A stretch of DNA of 63,987 nucleotides, counting the filler, from Licmophora abbreviata (taxonomy: Eukaryota), in the NCBI GenBank assembly GCA_900291995.1. It is 17 parts of 17 records of this genome, joined end to end, with 100 filler letters (N's around TTAATTAATTAA, not from the genome) between each part and the next. Parts side by side here need not be neighbours in the genome. Positions count along the whole stretch, not along the records: positions 45,390 to 52,273 come from OLMU01005210.1; positions 52,374 to 57,508 come from OLMU01005211.1; positions 57,609 to 62,097 come from OLMU01005213.1; 14 more parts are not named here. The stretch is one strand, 5' to 3'. Shown here piece after piece: positions 47,997-59,598 of the stretch (position 1 is the first letter of the stretch; each line of letters opens with the position of its first letter). Made by a program: the position numbers and the translations under genes. Below the pieces are notes generated by a model. It saw nothing but the letters and a program-made list of their open reading frames with translations, was not told the origin of the DNA and did not search any database.

Positions 47997-49677
47997 ATGA
48001 AAGGCCTAAGAGGATTCCCATGGGTCCTAGTGCATGCTTTGATAGCGACGTGCGGTCAGAGTTCCGCGTTTGTCCGAAATTTGGCGTCGGGATGGACGAT
48101 ATCAGCACCACTCACTAGTACCCAGATCATGCAATCGGCATACCGCGACGATGCCTTTGCATCTGGGGGAGGAACGCACAATCCTCGGAATGCCACCGTC
48201 ACAAACCAGCTGAATCTGAATCAAGACACTCCAGGCGTACAGCAACCATCACTCAATAAGCAATCGGTCAAACAACGAGGCAAGTGCGTTCCAGTTGTTG
48301 GCCCGCTTGTGAATGCGCCGCCACTACTAGTGGGCGATAGTATGGCCATTGATCAGCCCACGCCGCTACAGTGGCAAGCGCTCTATGAGAGTGTACTATT
48401 GCATCAAGAGTATATGAACCTTCAGCGGGACCAGACAGACAGCTCATCAGGTGGTGCTGATAGTAACAACGGCATTACAGGGATCGATGCCGCCCCGCTC
48501 ATTGCCATCATTGACGAAGCCACTGGAAGCACGAGGTGCGTGAAGACTAGTCGATTCCGTCTGCTACGGTCTTGAAACTTATATCTGACCTCTTGCCTTT
48601 TTGGGTGCTCTTTCGTACTCTATACTCAGCGGCAACACTGGTCGCTATGCGACGCTGGCAGCTATCGTTGGCATTTCTCCGTCGAGCAGACGAAATGACG
48701 AGGAATGCGACGTGTCAGATATGGACAATGAAATTAGCTTTCTAGACTCGTTTTCTGGTGAGGTTCCTACGACATCAATTCAGAGACCTCTTGAGTCTTG
48801 TATTCGACTAGTTGGAATTGGACGGGCCCAGCTACGTGACTACTTTTACAAGCTGCCTACGGAGGAGAGCAGCAATGATGATGATGAAATTAGTAACGAG
48901 AAAGAGGAGGACGAAGCATCTGAATCGGATGACGATCATCCGGTGGAACTTTCTGATGATCCTCCCATTATCATGGCCGAGTTCGATATGCTAGTAGACG
49001 ACCTGCAGCGGCATACGGAAAACAAAGATATCGGCATGAAGGGTGCCAGCAGTAGCCACGCGTCTCCAGTACATGCGCTGAACGACATGTCGACCATACA
49101 CAACAAATTACTCCGTCTCCACAATGAACGCCTCAAATTGGTGCGCGGATGCACCGCGGCGAAATTTCGACTTGAGCGGCGCGATTACTACGAAGATCTG
49201 GATGGCATTGGGCAAGTGACTTCTTCTTCCACTGACGCAGATGACGATGACATGGTGCTGCAAAATTTTGTACGAGAATACAACTTTGATACATCGAGTC
49301 ACGATGGATCGACCAAATTGGATCCCTCCGTACTATTGGAGCTCGAGAACTACGGAATCAGCACGTACTCAAGCATGTCTTCCCTGATTGACTTGACAGA
49401 CGTGGCCATGCAGCAGCTCGCTCCGTACTACTCGCCATCCACACGACAAGAAGAAGAGTTCCGCTATGTGGTGAACAGTTTTGTCTGCTTTCGAGCGCTG
49501 CACGGGTGGTGCGGCAACGATGACCTGGCGTGGGCTTTGCAATGCACAAACACGATCGAGAGATTGCACAGAGCGCACGAAATCATGGATCAGCATACGG
49601 CGTTGTTAACGCGCATGGCCGAGCAGCTAACTCATGACTTGCGAGAGTGCGGGGAAGAGTGTACTGATCTGTGGTGA
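47997..49677 (+). CDS. Plastid-targeted hypothetical protein, possible Lon N-terminal-like domain
   Basis: Signal peptide ending SSA-FV; intron 48536-48629; IRLVGIGRA and WALQCTNTIERL resemble Lon substrate-binding domain motifs. Confidence 0.6.
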
Positions 49678-49962
49678 ATCTGAAGTTGTTAAGTGTGGCG
49701 ACATTTGATTACTCCAAGCAAGTTGTATTATAATACAGATCGCCCTTGCGACATAGTTGGACATTCATTCTCTTTGTTTCCTCTCCGACGTGACGCGTAT
49801 CGCCATGTAAAAAATGCAAGGGACAGCACGACAGACAAGGAGAAAACCGCGCCGCCACACACACGCAATTGACACACTGCAGTCACACATTTCTCACGCG
49901 ACGCATTCTTGTCCTTACCATCAGGCCCCAGGGTCAACGAGCTTCCGAAACCCGCATTCACC

Positions 49963-50925
49963 ATGTTTTCGGCCAATGAGAACCTAACCCTTCGCCAGGA
50001 TAAGCGACGAGTCGTTGCTTTTGTGGAAGAGGCGATTCCTGATCATGTGTTGGACGCTGGAACAATGGTGCTCGCTATGCAGGTCAGTTGTCGAGCTCCA
50101 GGCTGTGTACCTCTGGAAACCGTCATTTGCGTGGTCTTTCCCAGAACTCCGGGCGGCGAGGAAAATGAATTGCTTCCCGGGCTTGCGGAGAGTAAGAGTG
50201 GGTGCACGTACAAAACGAAGGTGCTCAAGCCGATGGCGGAGATCACCAAGCAAGACGTTCTCGAAGCGCTTCCCCCACAGTTCGTCGGAGGACTGCGCTC
50301 GACTGAAAAACTCTGCTTACAGGCGCGAGACGTCATGTTAGCGCAGGTTACTCAGCTTATGGGAGATGACGACCTGCAAGGGAAACGGCTTATGGCATCT
50401 TATCTGCAGCAGTGTCTTCAAGAATACATCGACCGCGATTGCATCCCTCCAGAATACGGAGAGCCTTTTCCAGACACACCAGTCGATGATGATCCACCAT
50501 TCGCGACATCCAATGACAATGGCCAACTTACTAACAGCATCATCCAGTCGACTGGGAACTTTGTCGTTCGACGGGCTGCTGACAATGAGGATGCATCACC
50601 AACAGTGCTCAGCGTTGCACCGAACTCTCAGGAGACAAGAAGAAACACAGTAGTTCATCGAACTCACACCAAAGAGGACGACAAACCCGGCTCTGCTACA
50701 GCAACCGCTACAGAACGTAGTTTGGCAACTCTTTCATCTACCGTTTCCAGTGCATCGTCCATGGATTGGAGGAGACAGCAGTCAGTGAACAAAGCCATGT
50801 CGTCACAGAGCATCATTTCGCGGTTGTCAGAGCGTGAGCATCCGCCAGGAGTTCGACGTACTGGCTGTCCTTGCTGCGACCCAGATAACCCCAACAACTA
50901 CGTCGATAGCATGATGATGCTCTAA
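49963..50925 (+). CDS. Hypothetical Cys-motif protein
   Basis: Long ORF with QVSCRAPGCVPLET and C-terminal GCPCCDPDNP. Confidence 0.7.
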   Translation: MFSANENLTLRQDKRRVVAFVEEAIPDHVLDAGTMVLAMQVSCRAPGCVPLETVICVVFPRTPGGEENELLPGLAESKSGCTYKTKVLKPMAEITKQDVLEALPPQFVGGLRSTEKLCLQARDVMLAQVTQLMGDDDLQGKRLMASYLQQCLQEYIDRDCIPPEYGEPFPDTPVDDDPPFATSNDNGQLTNSIIQSTGNFVVRRAADNEDASPTVLSVAPNSQETRRNTVVHRTHTKEDDKPGSATATATERSLATLSSTVSSASSMDWRRQQSVNKAMSSQSIISRLSEREHPPGVRRTGCPCCDPDNPNNYVDSMMML

Positions 50926-51077
50926 GAAACTGATTGCCACGCAAAGTGCCTTCTAGCTACAGTTGCGCACATACAACTCTAAATGAAAAGCGTCTTCTAA
51001 AATCTGATCAGTATCTCTGCGACGACGTAGCTTGCGATACTCTTCTAGCTGCTGATACTCACTTGTCATGAGGCATC

Positions 51078-52084
51078 TCACAAGGAATTTCCAGACTGAT
51101 CGAGCGCGACAAAGGAGTCTACCGCTTGTCGCAACGCTACTCCATCCGGCCCCTTGTAGTCCTGCTCGAGCGCACTCGCAAAGACGGCCATGATGTTTCC
51201 GTCGTTTGACTCCAAGGATGCTTTGGAATTAGTGATACGAAAGAGCTCTGATACACCATACTCCTCCATCAAGAGTTCTGGCTTTTGTACTTCGATTTCG
51301 GTGCGCAACTGAAAACTTAGAATCTTGCCATCTTTAGAGACACTGATAGATCCTGGGACAATTTTGGAAGTCGATTGTCCAGGCTTATCACGTTCCCGTC
51401 GCAAAATTATCAACGTAGCAATAGCAGTAGCATCCCCCAGGCTAGGAAACGTGGACAGGTCTCCAGTTGGATCGATGCCATTTTCTTCCAGCAGGACTCG
51501 CGTTGGGAATCTGAAGCGAAAAGCGCCAGCTTCAATGAGTCAAAAAAAAACCATGGCGACACATATATCTGGAAATGGAACCCATGCTTGTGTTTCTGTA
51601 CTCACCGTTCTACAGCCACCACCTCAGCCTTTGACATGTCACCCGCTGTAAAGATAGAAGACCCTCTTCGACCCTGCCCCGTCTTGGCGTCCGGCAAGTC
51701 ACCCTTTGCTGATCTCCGAAGTGCAAAATAGTTCTTGGGGATTGTGATGAGGAAAAGTGGATCAACAAAATTCTTCATTTCAGGGAGTCCAAAAGTTTGC
51801 GCTACTTCTTCATCCGCATAAACCACAGACGCAAGAGAGGAGGACGTCCCAACAGCCGCTGCCGTAGCTAAAAGCTGCTGGCACCACCGCCGACGACCGA
51901 TCAAGGCCGTAGTAGTGTGCTGATGATGCTCGTGGTGGTCATCGTCGACTGAAGCCTTCAAAAGAAAACTCCTAGAGGTTCTCACCCTGAACAACGGCGG
52001 TGAGAAACCATCGACTGTGTGCACAACAAGGAACAGCCTCAAGAGGGAAATAACGAGGGACGACCGCATGATCACCATTGTCAT
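51078..52084 (-). CDS. PsbP-domain-like thylakoid lumen protein
   Basis: Signal peptide (VDG-FSP), twin-Arg GRRRW with hydrophobic stretch and VYA-DEE cleavage site; intron 51605-51511; C-terminal AVDSF. Confidence 0.75.
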
Positions 52085-52608
52085 CGTCAAAAAGGAAATT
52101 TTGTGGGGTGCAAAAATCAAAAATCGCTGTGATGAAACTGACGTCATTCGAGTCGAACGGGTCAACCCAACGCTACGAGGTCGCACTTTCTAAAACGTGC
52201 AAAACCAGTCATCTCGCTGCTGGTCATCTCGGAGACACATCTGTTCCGCGCGTTACGCTCACGAAGATTGATGNNNNNNNNNNNNNNNNNNNNNNNNNNN
52301 NNNNNNNNNNNNNNNNNTTAATTAATTAANNNNNNNNNNNNNNNNNNNNNNNNNNNNNNNNNNNNNNNNNNNNGCTGTGATGAACTGACGTCATTCGAGT
52401 CGAACGGGTCAACCCACGCTACGAGGTCGCACTTTCTAAACTTGCAAAACCAGTCATCTCGCTGCTGGTCATCTCGGAGACACATCTTCAATCTGTTCCG
52501 CGCGTTGCCCTCACGAAGATTGATGAACGATGGCACAGTGTATGTTCAACGTGTGGTTGTGTCCCGGCGTCAACCTGAAGTCACACAGACCTGACTTAGC
52601 TCAATTCA

Positions 52609-54593
52609 ATGGCTCCTTCTTCCTCGTCACGTCGTGCGGCGTCGAAGAATGGTTCCGCATTGACACAGTATTTCCTGGTAATTCTGATGCTGTTTGGATG
52701 TTTGACCTTGTGGATGAACACGCTGCATGGCGGTGGCAGCAATGACCAGAAGGCAATGATTGAAGCCTTTAAGAAGAATCATTTCTCTCATCGAAGTATC
52801 AGGGAAATGAAGAAAAAGAACCAGATACAAGGAACTGGTGAAATGGAGGACACTGCTGACACGGATGATGCGGAAGAGGATGCACGCCATAACGAGGCAG
52901 AGATGCGTCAGCAGCTTAAGGAGGGGGAGACGCGCCTGAAGGACGGCCATGTGCTCACTGGCTTGACCTGTGACGTCCACGGAGGGCCTGCTCCTGAAAA
53001 TTCAAAAGAAATGGTCTACTGGGAAGATATTGAGTCCGACAGTCACTTTGTGAGTCCTTTCCACGCAAAGGACCGGAAACAGTACATGACGTTCGAAAAA
53101 GACCAAGGCGGATGGAATAACGTAAGTATGCTCTCTAGAAGGACCCTAGTCGCGATATCGTCTCAAATCGCTCACCAGACTCCGCCAACATTCTTCTTCA
53201 ACTCCCTTGCAGATACGAATGAGTATGGAATCTGTTCTGGCCCTGGCAGTAGCGACCGGACGGACCCTCGTGCTCCCCCCAGAACAGGGCATGTACCTCC
53301 TTTCCAAGGTAAGAACTGGAGTCGGCGTGTATCATTGCGACACTTCCGTGTCGACTCATCCGCTATTCTTTTGCTGTTCCAAAGGATGAAGCTGGCAAGC
53401 AACGTAAACACTTTTCGTTCAATGACTTTTTCCACATGGAATCCATTGCCAGAGAGCACGATGGACTGGACATTATTCACATGAAACAATTTCTAGAGGA
53501 CGTGGCCATGAAGGGACAGCTGAAAAACACTGAAACAGGTCTCGTGGAATTTCCACCAGAAAACCGGACAGATTGGGACGGTGCGAACAACCATCAACTC
53601 TACGACTACCTCCGTCGAGTCACATTCTGGCCGTGGTGGGACCCCGAAGACTGTATGGCGGCCTTTCCATCCAACCCGCAACATAGTGATAAGTTACGGC
53701 ACATGAAGGAACAGATTGACAAGAATGGAGGATTTCCTTCCTACGAAGAGTTTGTGGGAAAGCCGAATCCTGTAGACGCTCCTCCAGAAGCCCGCCTCAA
53801 GGAGAATTGGGCTGGTCGCAAGGATCTCTGTTTGTACAACGAGACATTACAGGACGCGCCGGTCGTTCACTTTGGGTACGACTATCGTGGCGCTGGTGCA
53901 CGTTTGCTTGTGCACTGGTACGCCTTCCTCTTTTTCGAGGATTGGCGCCATGATTTGTTTTTGAAGCGCTTTGTACGGGACCACGTGCGATATGTAGACG
54001 AAATCCAGTGTGCTGCGGCCCGAATTGTATCGGCATTGCGGGAACGTTCCAAGGCTCGGGGAATGGGCTCAGACTTTGATACATTTCATATTCGTCGAGG
54101 AGACTTTCAGTACACTGTGACGCGTTTCGAAGCCGACCATATTCATCGAGTGAGCAAAGACAAGCTGACTCCTAATGCAACGGTATACATTGCGACAGAT
54201 GAGCGCAACCGGACATTCTTTCAACCACTGGCTGATCACTATGATGTCGTCTTCTTGGATGATATGAAAGACCTCATCAAGGACGTCAATACTAATTTTT
54301 ACGGCATGATTGACCAGCTGGTAGCGAGCCGTGGTCGAGTCTTCTTTGGGTGCTGGTTCTCGACCTTTACTGGCTACATTATGCGGCTACGAGGCTACCA
54401 CGCGGACGAAGAAGAGCAACCCGGGTATGAAGATGGCATTGTACCGAACTCCTTCTACTACGCTCTCGAAGACCGCAAGGAGCACATGCAAACGTTCTAC
54501 CCGGTGAAGAAATCATTCTATGCTCGCGAGTTTCCCGCGAGCTGGAGAGGCATCGATAAGGGCGCCGAAGAGCTGTCTTCTGCCGTGGCATAG
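52609..54593 (+). CDS. GDP-fucose O-fucosyltransferase family protein, copy 1 (2 introns)
   Basis: GGWNN|IRMSME, GRTLVLPP, HIRRGDF, YIATDE, MIDQLVAS and STFTGYI. Confidence 0.9.
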
Positions 54594-54995
54594 ACGTTGA
54601 TAAGCTCAACACGCAAAAGTAGTCTACACCCTTACCTGTCCTGTTCTTTAGTAGTCTAGCTCAGAATAGTGAACACAAAAAATCGCATTGGTACCTGGTA
54701 CCCGGTCTACCGGAACGGGTATGCATAAAACCCACTCGAAAAGAGTCTACACGGACGAGGGACAGAGCAGTCACACAAGTTTGGCGCGCAAAAATTTCGA
54801 ATTTGAGACGAAAATGACCTGATGGCGAATGCCGACCTCAACGGCGACGCAACATTGAGTTACTTTCACGGTCTCAAATTCTTCACGTGATAGACCCCGA
54901 CGGCTAAATGGGCCAAGGACGCTTAATTGTCACGAGCAGCGTCCGGAAGTAGTACCATCGTACGTTCTGATAGAGGGACAGAGCAGAAAACTCCG

Positions 54996-56693
54996 ATGAT
55001 ACGGACGAACAGTCTCGTGTCGCACCTCGCTCTCTTGCTTACGGTGGGGTGCGCGATAACTCTGACTCTCGATATTTTCTGGGTATTTCAACTTGATGAA
55101 AAGGGATTAGAACTAGTCCATCTCTTGCAGTCGAGGAGTCTGAAGCTGCGACTGATAAGAGGAGGTCAAGGGGAAGTATCGCCAGTAGTGTCGTCCACGT
55201 TCTCCTCGCTGTCTTGTCAGGCGCATGGAGGGCCTCACAATGAAGCAGCCACAGAGGAGATGGTGTACTGGAAAGACATTCCTTCTGATAAGGCCTATGT
55301 CAGCCCTTTCTACACCGATAGCGATGAAAAGTACCTTCTGTTCGACCCGGATGTGGGAGGCTTCAACAACAAGCGCATAGCCTTTGAGACTTTCCTTGTC
55401 TTGGCTCATGCCATGGGTCGAACGCTGGTGTTGCCGCCCAGGACGTGGTGGTATGCATGTGCACCGCAGAATGACACTTTGCAGAGCAGCCCACGAAACG
55501 GGTTTGACGACGTGTTTGACGTTGAGGCTCTGTCACGGCAACAAAGAGGTGTCAGGATTATCTCAACGGATGAATTTCTCGAGCAATACGCGTTGCAAGG
55601 CAAGTTTCGGCACTCTCAGACCGGAAAAGCAGTGTTTCCACCGAAAAACAAAACAGACTGGAACAAAGTATTTCCAAGACAGCTGAGATTGTGGTTAGCA
55701 AATGTAGCCCATACCATGAACTGGCGTTACGAGGACTGTGTCACCGCGTTTCCATCGCGAAAGACGCCAGAAGCTTTCGGACACATCGAGGAAATGTACA
55801 GTGACCTCGTTGCGAGACACGCCTGGAGTGAGAGGAATGTGACGCATCCAGTGCCTGTCGATGCACCACCTTCTGATCGCCTTATTGAGATGGTTCCAGA
55901 ACCCACAAGTCTCTGCTTGTACACAGAAGATATCCACCAGAAAGACGTCATCTACTTTCATTTCGTTGTTGACTTCAGCAAGCCCAACTATCGGGATGAC
56001 ATGATTCGACTCCTCGTATACTTTTATTCGTTTACGTTCTTCGAAGATTGGATGCAAAGCTTACGCATGAAACGAATGATACGCGATCATGTGCGCTATC
56101 GAAATGAGTTTCAGTGTGCGGCGGCCCGCATCGTGTCTGCCGTGAGGGAGCGAGCAAAGCAACAGGGGTCCTCAGGAGAGTTCGATACTATGCATATTCG
56201 ACGTTCGTCCGATTTCAAGGGGCAGTTTGGGAATCTCATGTCAGCACAGGCGATTTATCAAGCTTCCAGGGCATACTTGGAAGAAGGCAGCTTAATCTAC
56301 ATTGCGACAGATGAACCAAACCGTACCTTCTTTGAACCCCTTGCGAAACACTACGAGTTGGTGTTTCTGAGCGACTTCGACGACCTGATACCAGGGTTTC
56401 ACCCGTACTTGCTCGGCATGATCGACCAACTTGTAGCGGTGAAAGGCCGCACCTTTGTGGGAACATGGAGTTCGACATTCACAGGATATATCAATCGGTT
56501 ACGAGGCTACCATGCAACAAAGTTAAAGCTGGAGGACTACAGGGATGGAGGGCTCAATAGCTACTACTACAATTCGCCAATCAAGAATGAGACAAGAGCA
56601 TACCGTTCGCCGGTGAAAGCTTGGTTCACTCGTGAATTCCCGCTCGCATGGCGTGATATCGATCATGATATCGAAGAAGTGTCGATCTCCTGA
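54996..56693 (+). CDS. GDP-fucose O-fucosyltransferase family protein, copy 2 (intronless)
   Basis: GGFNNKRIAFE, GRTLVLPP, HIRRSSDF, YIATDE and STFTGYINRLRGY. Confidence 0.9.
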   Translation: MIRTNSLVSHLALLLTVGCAITLTLDIFWVFQLDEKGLELVHLLQSRSLKLRLIRGGQGEVSPVVSSTFSSLSCQAHGGPHNEAATEEMVYWKDIPSDKAYVSPFYTDSDEKYLLFDPDVGGFNNKRIAFETFLVLAHAMGRTLVLPPRTWWYACAPQNDTLQSSPRNGFDDVFDVEALSRQQRGVRIISTDEFLEQYALQGKFRHSQTGKAVFPPKNKTDWNKVFPRQLRLWLANVAHTMNWRYEDCVTAFPSRKTPEAFGHIEEMYSDLVARHAWSERNVTHPVPVDAPPSDRLIEMVPEPTSLCLYTEDIHQKDVIYFHFVVDFSKPNYRDDMIRLLVYFYSFTFFEDWMQSLRMKRMIRDHVRYRNEFQCAAARIVSAVRERAKQQGSSGEFDTMHIRRSSDFKGQFGNLMSAQAIYQASRAYLEEGSLIYIATDEPNRTFFEPLAKHYELVFLSDFDDLIPGFHPYLLGMIDQLVAVKGRTFVGTWSSTFTGYINRLRGYHATKLKLEDYRDGGLNSYYYNSPIKNETRAYRSPVKAWFTREFPLAWRDIDHDIEEVSIS

Positions 56694-56748
56694 GCACGCA
56701 ACTCTTTTTACTAGACAAGCCATAGCCAGCTCAATGTACAGGTTCACT

Positions 56749-57414
56749 CTACAGCGTAGTAGATGTAAGCTTGTCGTTTACAGCCGCGTAGGCCACTCTT
56801 GTACCCCCAACGATGAGTAGCGTGGCAATCATGGTCACAATGACAAAGGGAACAGGTGGAACATATCCCTTGAATACACCTCGAAGGACACACCCCATGG
56901 GAACGGCGACCATCCATCCCTGCGCTGTTCTTACCATGGCTCCCGCCTTCGTCAGGGTCGCGTCGTCTCGATAGAGTCCCAAGAAGGGTGTAATGGTAAA
57001 CCAGGATAAGAGAAAGGGCAAGGCCACCCACAAAACAGCCAGTGGATCAATACTACCTTCGACTGAGTGACTAGCCTTGCCCACGGACGAAAACACGAGG
57101 ATGGCGACAAGATCCAGAGCAGCCAGTACTGGACGATCCAGAGGGGACGAGCCCGCAATCTGTTGATCGTCAGGCAAGGGATCAAGGTTACTTCCAGAGC
57201 TCATAGAAACAGAAGATTTCTGAAGAGAATCGATGCGTTTTACACCCAACGCGCGGCGACTTGACTTCGAGACTGCCATGACAGATTGAGTCTTCGCCGA
57301 CCTTTGTACGAACGGCGGCGTGTCAGCGTGCGGAGCAAAACCGAAGGCTAGATCGAACTTCCACAGTAAGCTGGTTACGAGTGCAGTTTTAAGGATCCAG
57401 CGTATGACAGACAT
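56749..57414 (-). CDS. DUF3054-like membrane protein, plastid-targeted
   Basis: AFG-FAP presequence; DLVAILVF..VGKASH, ALPFLLSW, W...VPMG..LRG and F..VTM. Confidence 0.75.
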   Translation of the reverse strand: MSVIRWILKTALVTSLLWKFDLAFGFAPHADTPPFVQRSAKTQSVMAVSKSSRRALGVKRIDSLQKSSVSMSSGSNLDPLPDDQQIAGSSPLDRPVLAALDLVAILVFSSVGKASHSVEGSIDPLAVLWVALPFLLSWFTITPFLGLYRDDATLTKAGAMVRTAQGWMVAVPMGCVLRGVFKGYVPPVPFVIVTMIATLLIVGGTRVAYAAVNDKLTSTTL

Positions 57415-58140
57415 GGTGCAGCACAATCTCTTCTTTCGAGGAATGGTGAAACAATCAAAGCGGTCTTAGGTCTACTGGTACGATGAGGCGGTGATGCCAT
57501 ACATTCAANNNNNNNNNNNNNNNNNNNNNNNNNNNNNNNNNNNNNNNNNNNNTTAATTAATTAANNNNNNNNNNNNNNNNNNNNNNNNNNNNNNNNNNNN
57601 NNNNNNNNAAACAACGAATACAAGCTCGAACATTTGACTCTGGTCCGCATCACCAAATGTGTGGAGCCGCTCATCGAGTGTGATAGTGAACCATCACACT
57701 CAACGCCGAATGGGGGGACTGGTCCCTCACCTCGCGGCGAAGAAACGAGCGAGTAACGCACGAAGCGAAAGTACTCGCTCGACATGTACTTTGCTTTTCA
57801 GCGAAGCCTCATCACCTGAGCGAGTCAAAGGGTTAAGAGAAGAAACTTGGGAAGCATGGGAAGGCTCGATGTCCTTCCGGTACCGCGTCATGCTGCCGGT
57901 GGGAGAATATCCGTCCCACCGATATTGCCGATCCCAACGGTGCCAACCGTGAGACCGTCCCATTTCTAACTCCGTCTTCGACTCCCGTCACGATCAGAGT
58001 GCCATGGTCGGTTCATAGACAAGGTCATGTGAACCCACTAACAAATACCCCCCCACGGCCCCACGTGTTCGACGTAACCATCACCGCTTGTTCCGGACCT
58101 GGTAGTTTTCGGCTGGTCATTGAAAACAACAAGCGGTGAG

Positions 58141-59598
58141 TTACAAATTGGCAGAGAATCATCACCAACAGTGGTACACTTGCCTGGCGTCCGCGTATCT
58201 TTCTAGAAGTGACATGTGTGGTGTGGATCCTCGCGCCCGTTCCGCCTTCCTCCATCTGTTGTTTGCTTCAATCACGTCCTGAGGTGTGCCTTGGTTTCTG
58301 GCCTGAGATGTAGCACCCCGCTTGAACGATCTCGACGCACTGAACTCATCCACCACATCCACCTCGGGGTCTAGCAGCTCCGGGGACAATTCCTGCAGCC
58401 GTTGCAGGAGACCGTGAAAAAGAACGTTCATCTCCCCAATTTTCGCTCTTTGAATCTTGTTTCCTTTTACGTTCGCCGAACGAAACATCGGACCTTTGTC
58501 AATACCCAAAGCCGCGTACCCGGTAATCGCCCTGTACATCCACAGAGCGTACTCCAAGCCCGAAACCGATTTCTCTGCCAAAGGTTGAATGTAGACCTTC
58601 TCGCCCACTTGCCTCTTGAAGCGACCCACCATCCCTAGAGGCACATGTCGCACCTCGGGGTGGCGAATCGACTCCTCCCAATGCTTCCTGATAATGCCCA
58701 GGTCCGTCCTGACTAACTCTTCACCTCTAGTGGCTCCTCCCAAGCCCGCTGTTATCATAAAGCCCGCTAGCGCCGTCTTCAAGCGGCCCTCTGGGTCATT
58801 CGAAAAGGTTACCCAGTCGTCTTCCAGAATCTTCTGTATGCCGAGCGCTTCATGGATGGTAAGGGGGCGGTCAGGACACCAAACGTCTCCCATGCGCCGA
58901 TGACAGCCTTGCATGAAACGCTTGTACCATAGGGTGTTGGTAGGACTGTTGGTGATACCGGCAACAGCCCCTTCGCCAGTGAGAAACATCGCTCCCATCC
59001 CGCCAGGAGTAGTATGCACGTAGTTCGAAAAATGGGATCGGACCTTTCGAATAGTCTCAAACTGAACGTATTCCGAATTCCTTCCCCTCTCCAACGACCG
59101 TAGAAGTAGGATCACGGCAGGCCCCATGCCCCAATCATCCTTCACAGGGAAAGGTCCTCTCGGAGGGTATGGAGAGACGAGACGCAGGTTTGCTGCCTCT
59201 CTGAGATAGCGAACAGCCTGACGACGATTGTCCTCCACCGTGGCCCTCTCCCTGGCCCAAAAAGCGTCCAGTACGGCTCGCCTGATCGCAAGAAGATTCA
59301 GGTCGTCCACCATGTCTCCTGCCTTCGGGCTGGATCCGTGAAGATTCCAAAAGTGGCAGACATCGCACTGGAAAGGACACAACAAGTAGTCGCCGTTTCT
59401 AGCCAGTCCGAACCGGTCTGGGTCGTCGTCTTCCATCTCTTCCTCCGTCATCAGGTTGTCATCCAGATCCATCGCTCTCAAAACGGGGAAGGCATCCTCA
59501 CTCCTCTGCCTGTAGCACTCTGCGTGCCAAGCCCCATAACAGATCGGGGTGATCGGGGACCTCCTGTACCCATAGTTGGCGCAGCAAAGCCCCTTCAT
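58141..59598 (-). CDS. Tyrosine recombinase of DIRS-like element with Cys/His-rich N-terminus
   Basis: GATRGEEL (Arg I), SRSFKRGATSQA (box II), NRWR and LERY (Tyr); CCANY..C..AWH.EC and CPFQCDVCHF. The track ORF stops at 58162; small indels probably mask a true end near 58141. Confidence 0.88.

Noticed and set aside
57700..57745. HDV-like ribozyme resemblance (CGAATGGG, TGGTCCC..CCTCGC.GGC)
   Set aside because: The elements are in the wrong order, lie antisense to the element, and P1/P2 pairings could not be built.
57790..57820. Hammerhead ribozyme core on the minus strand (GTGATGAGGCTTCGCTGAAA)
   Set aside because: C3 of CUGAUGA is G, so the C3-G8 pair is lost, and no convincing stems I/III with an NUH site were found by eye.
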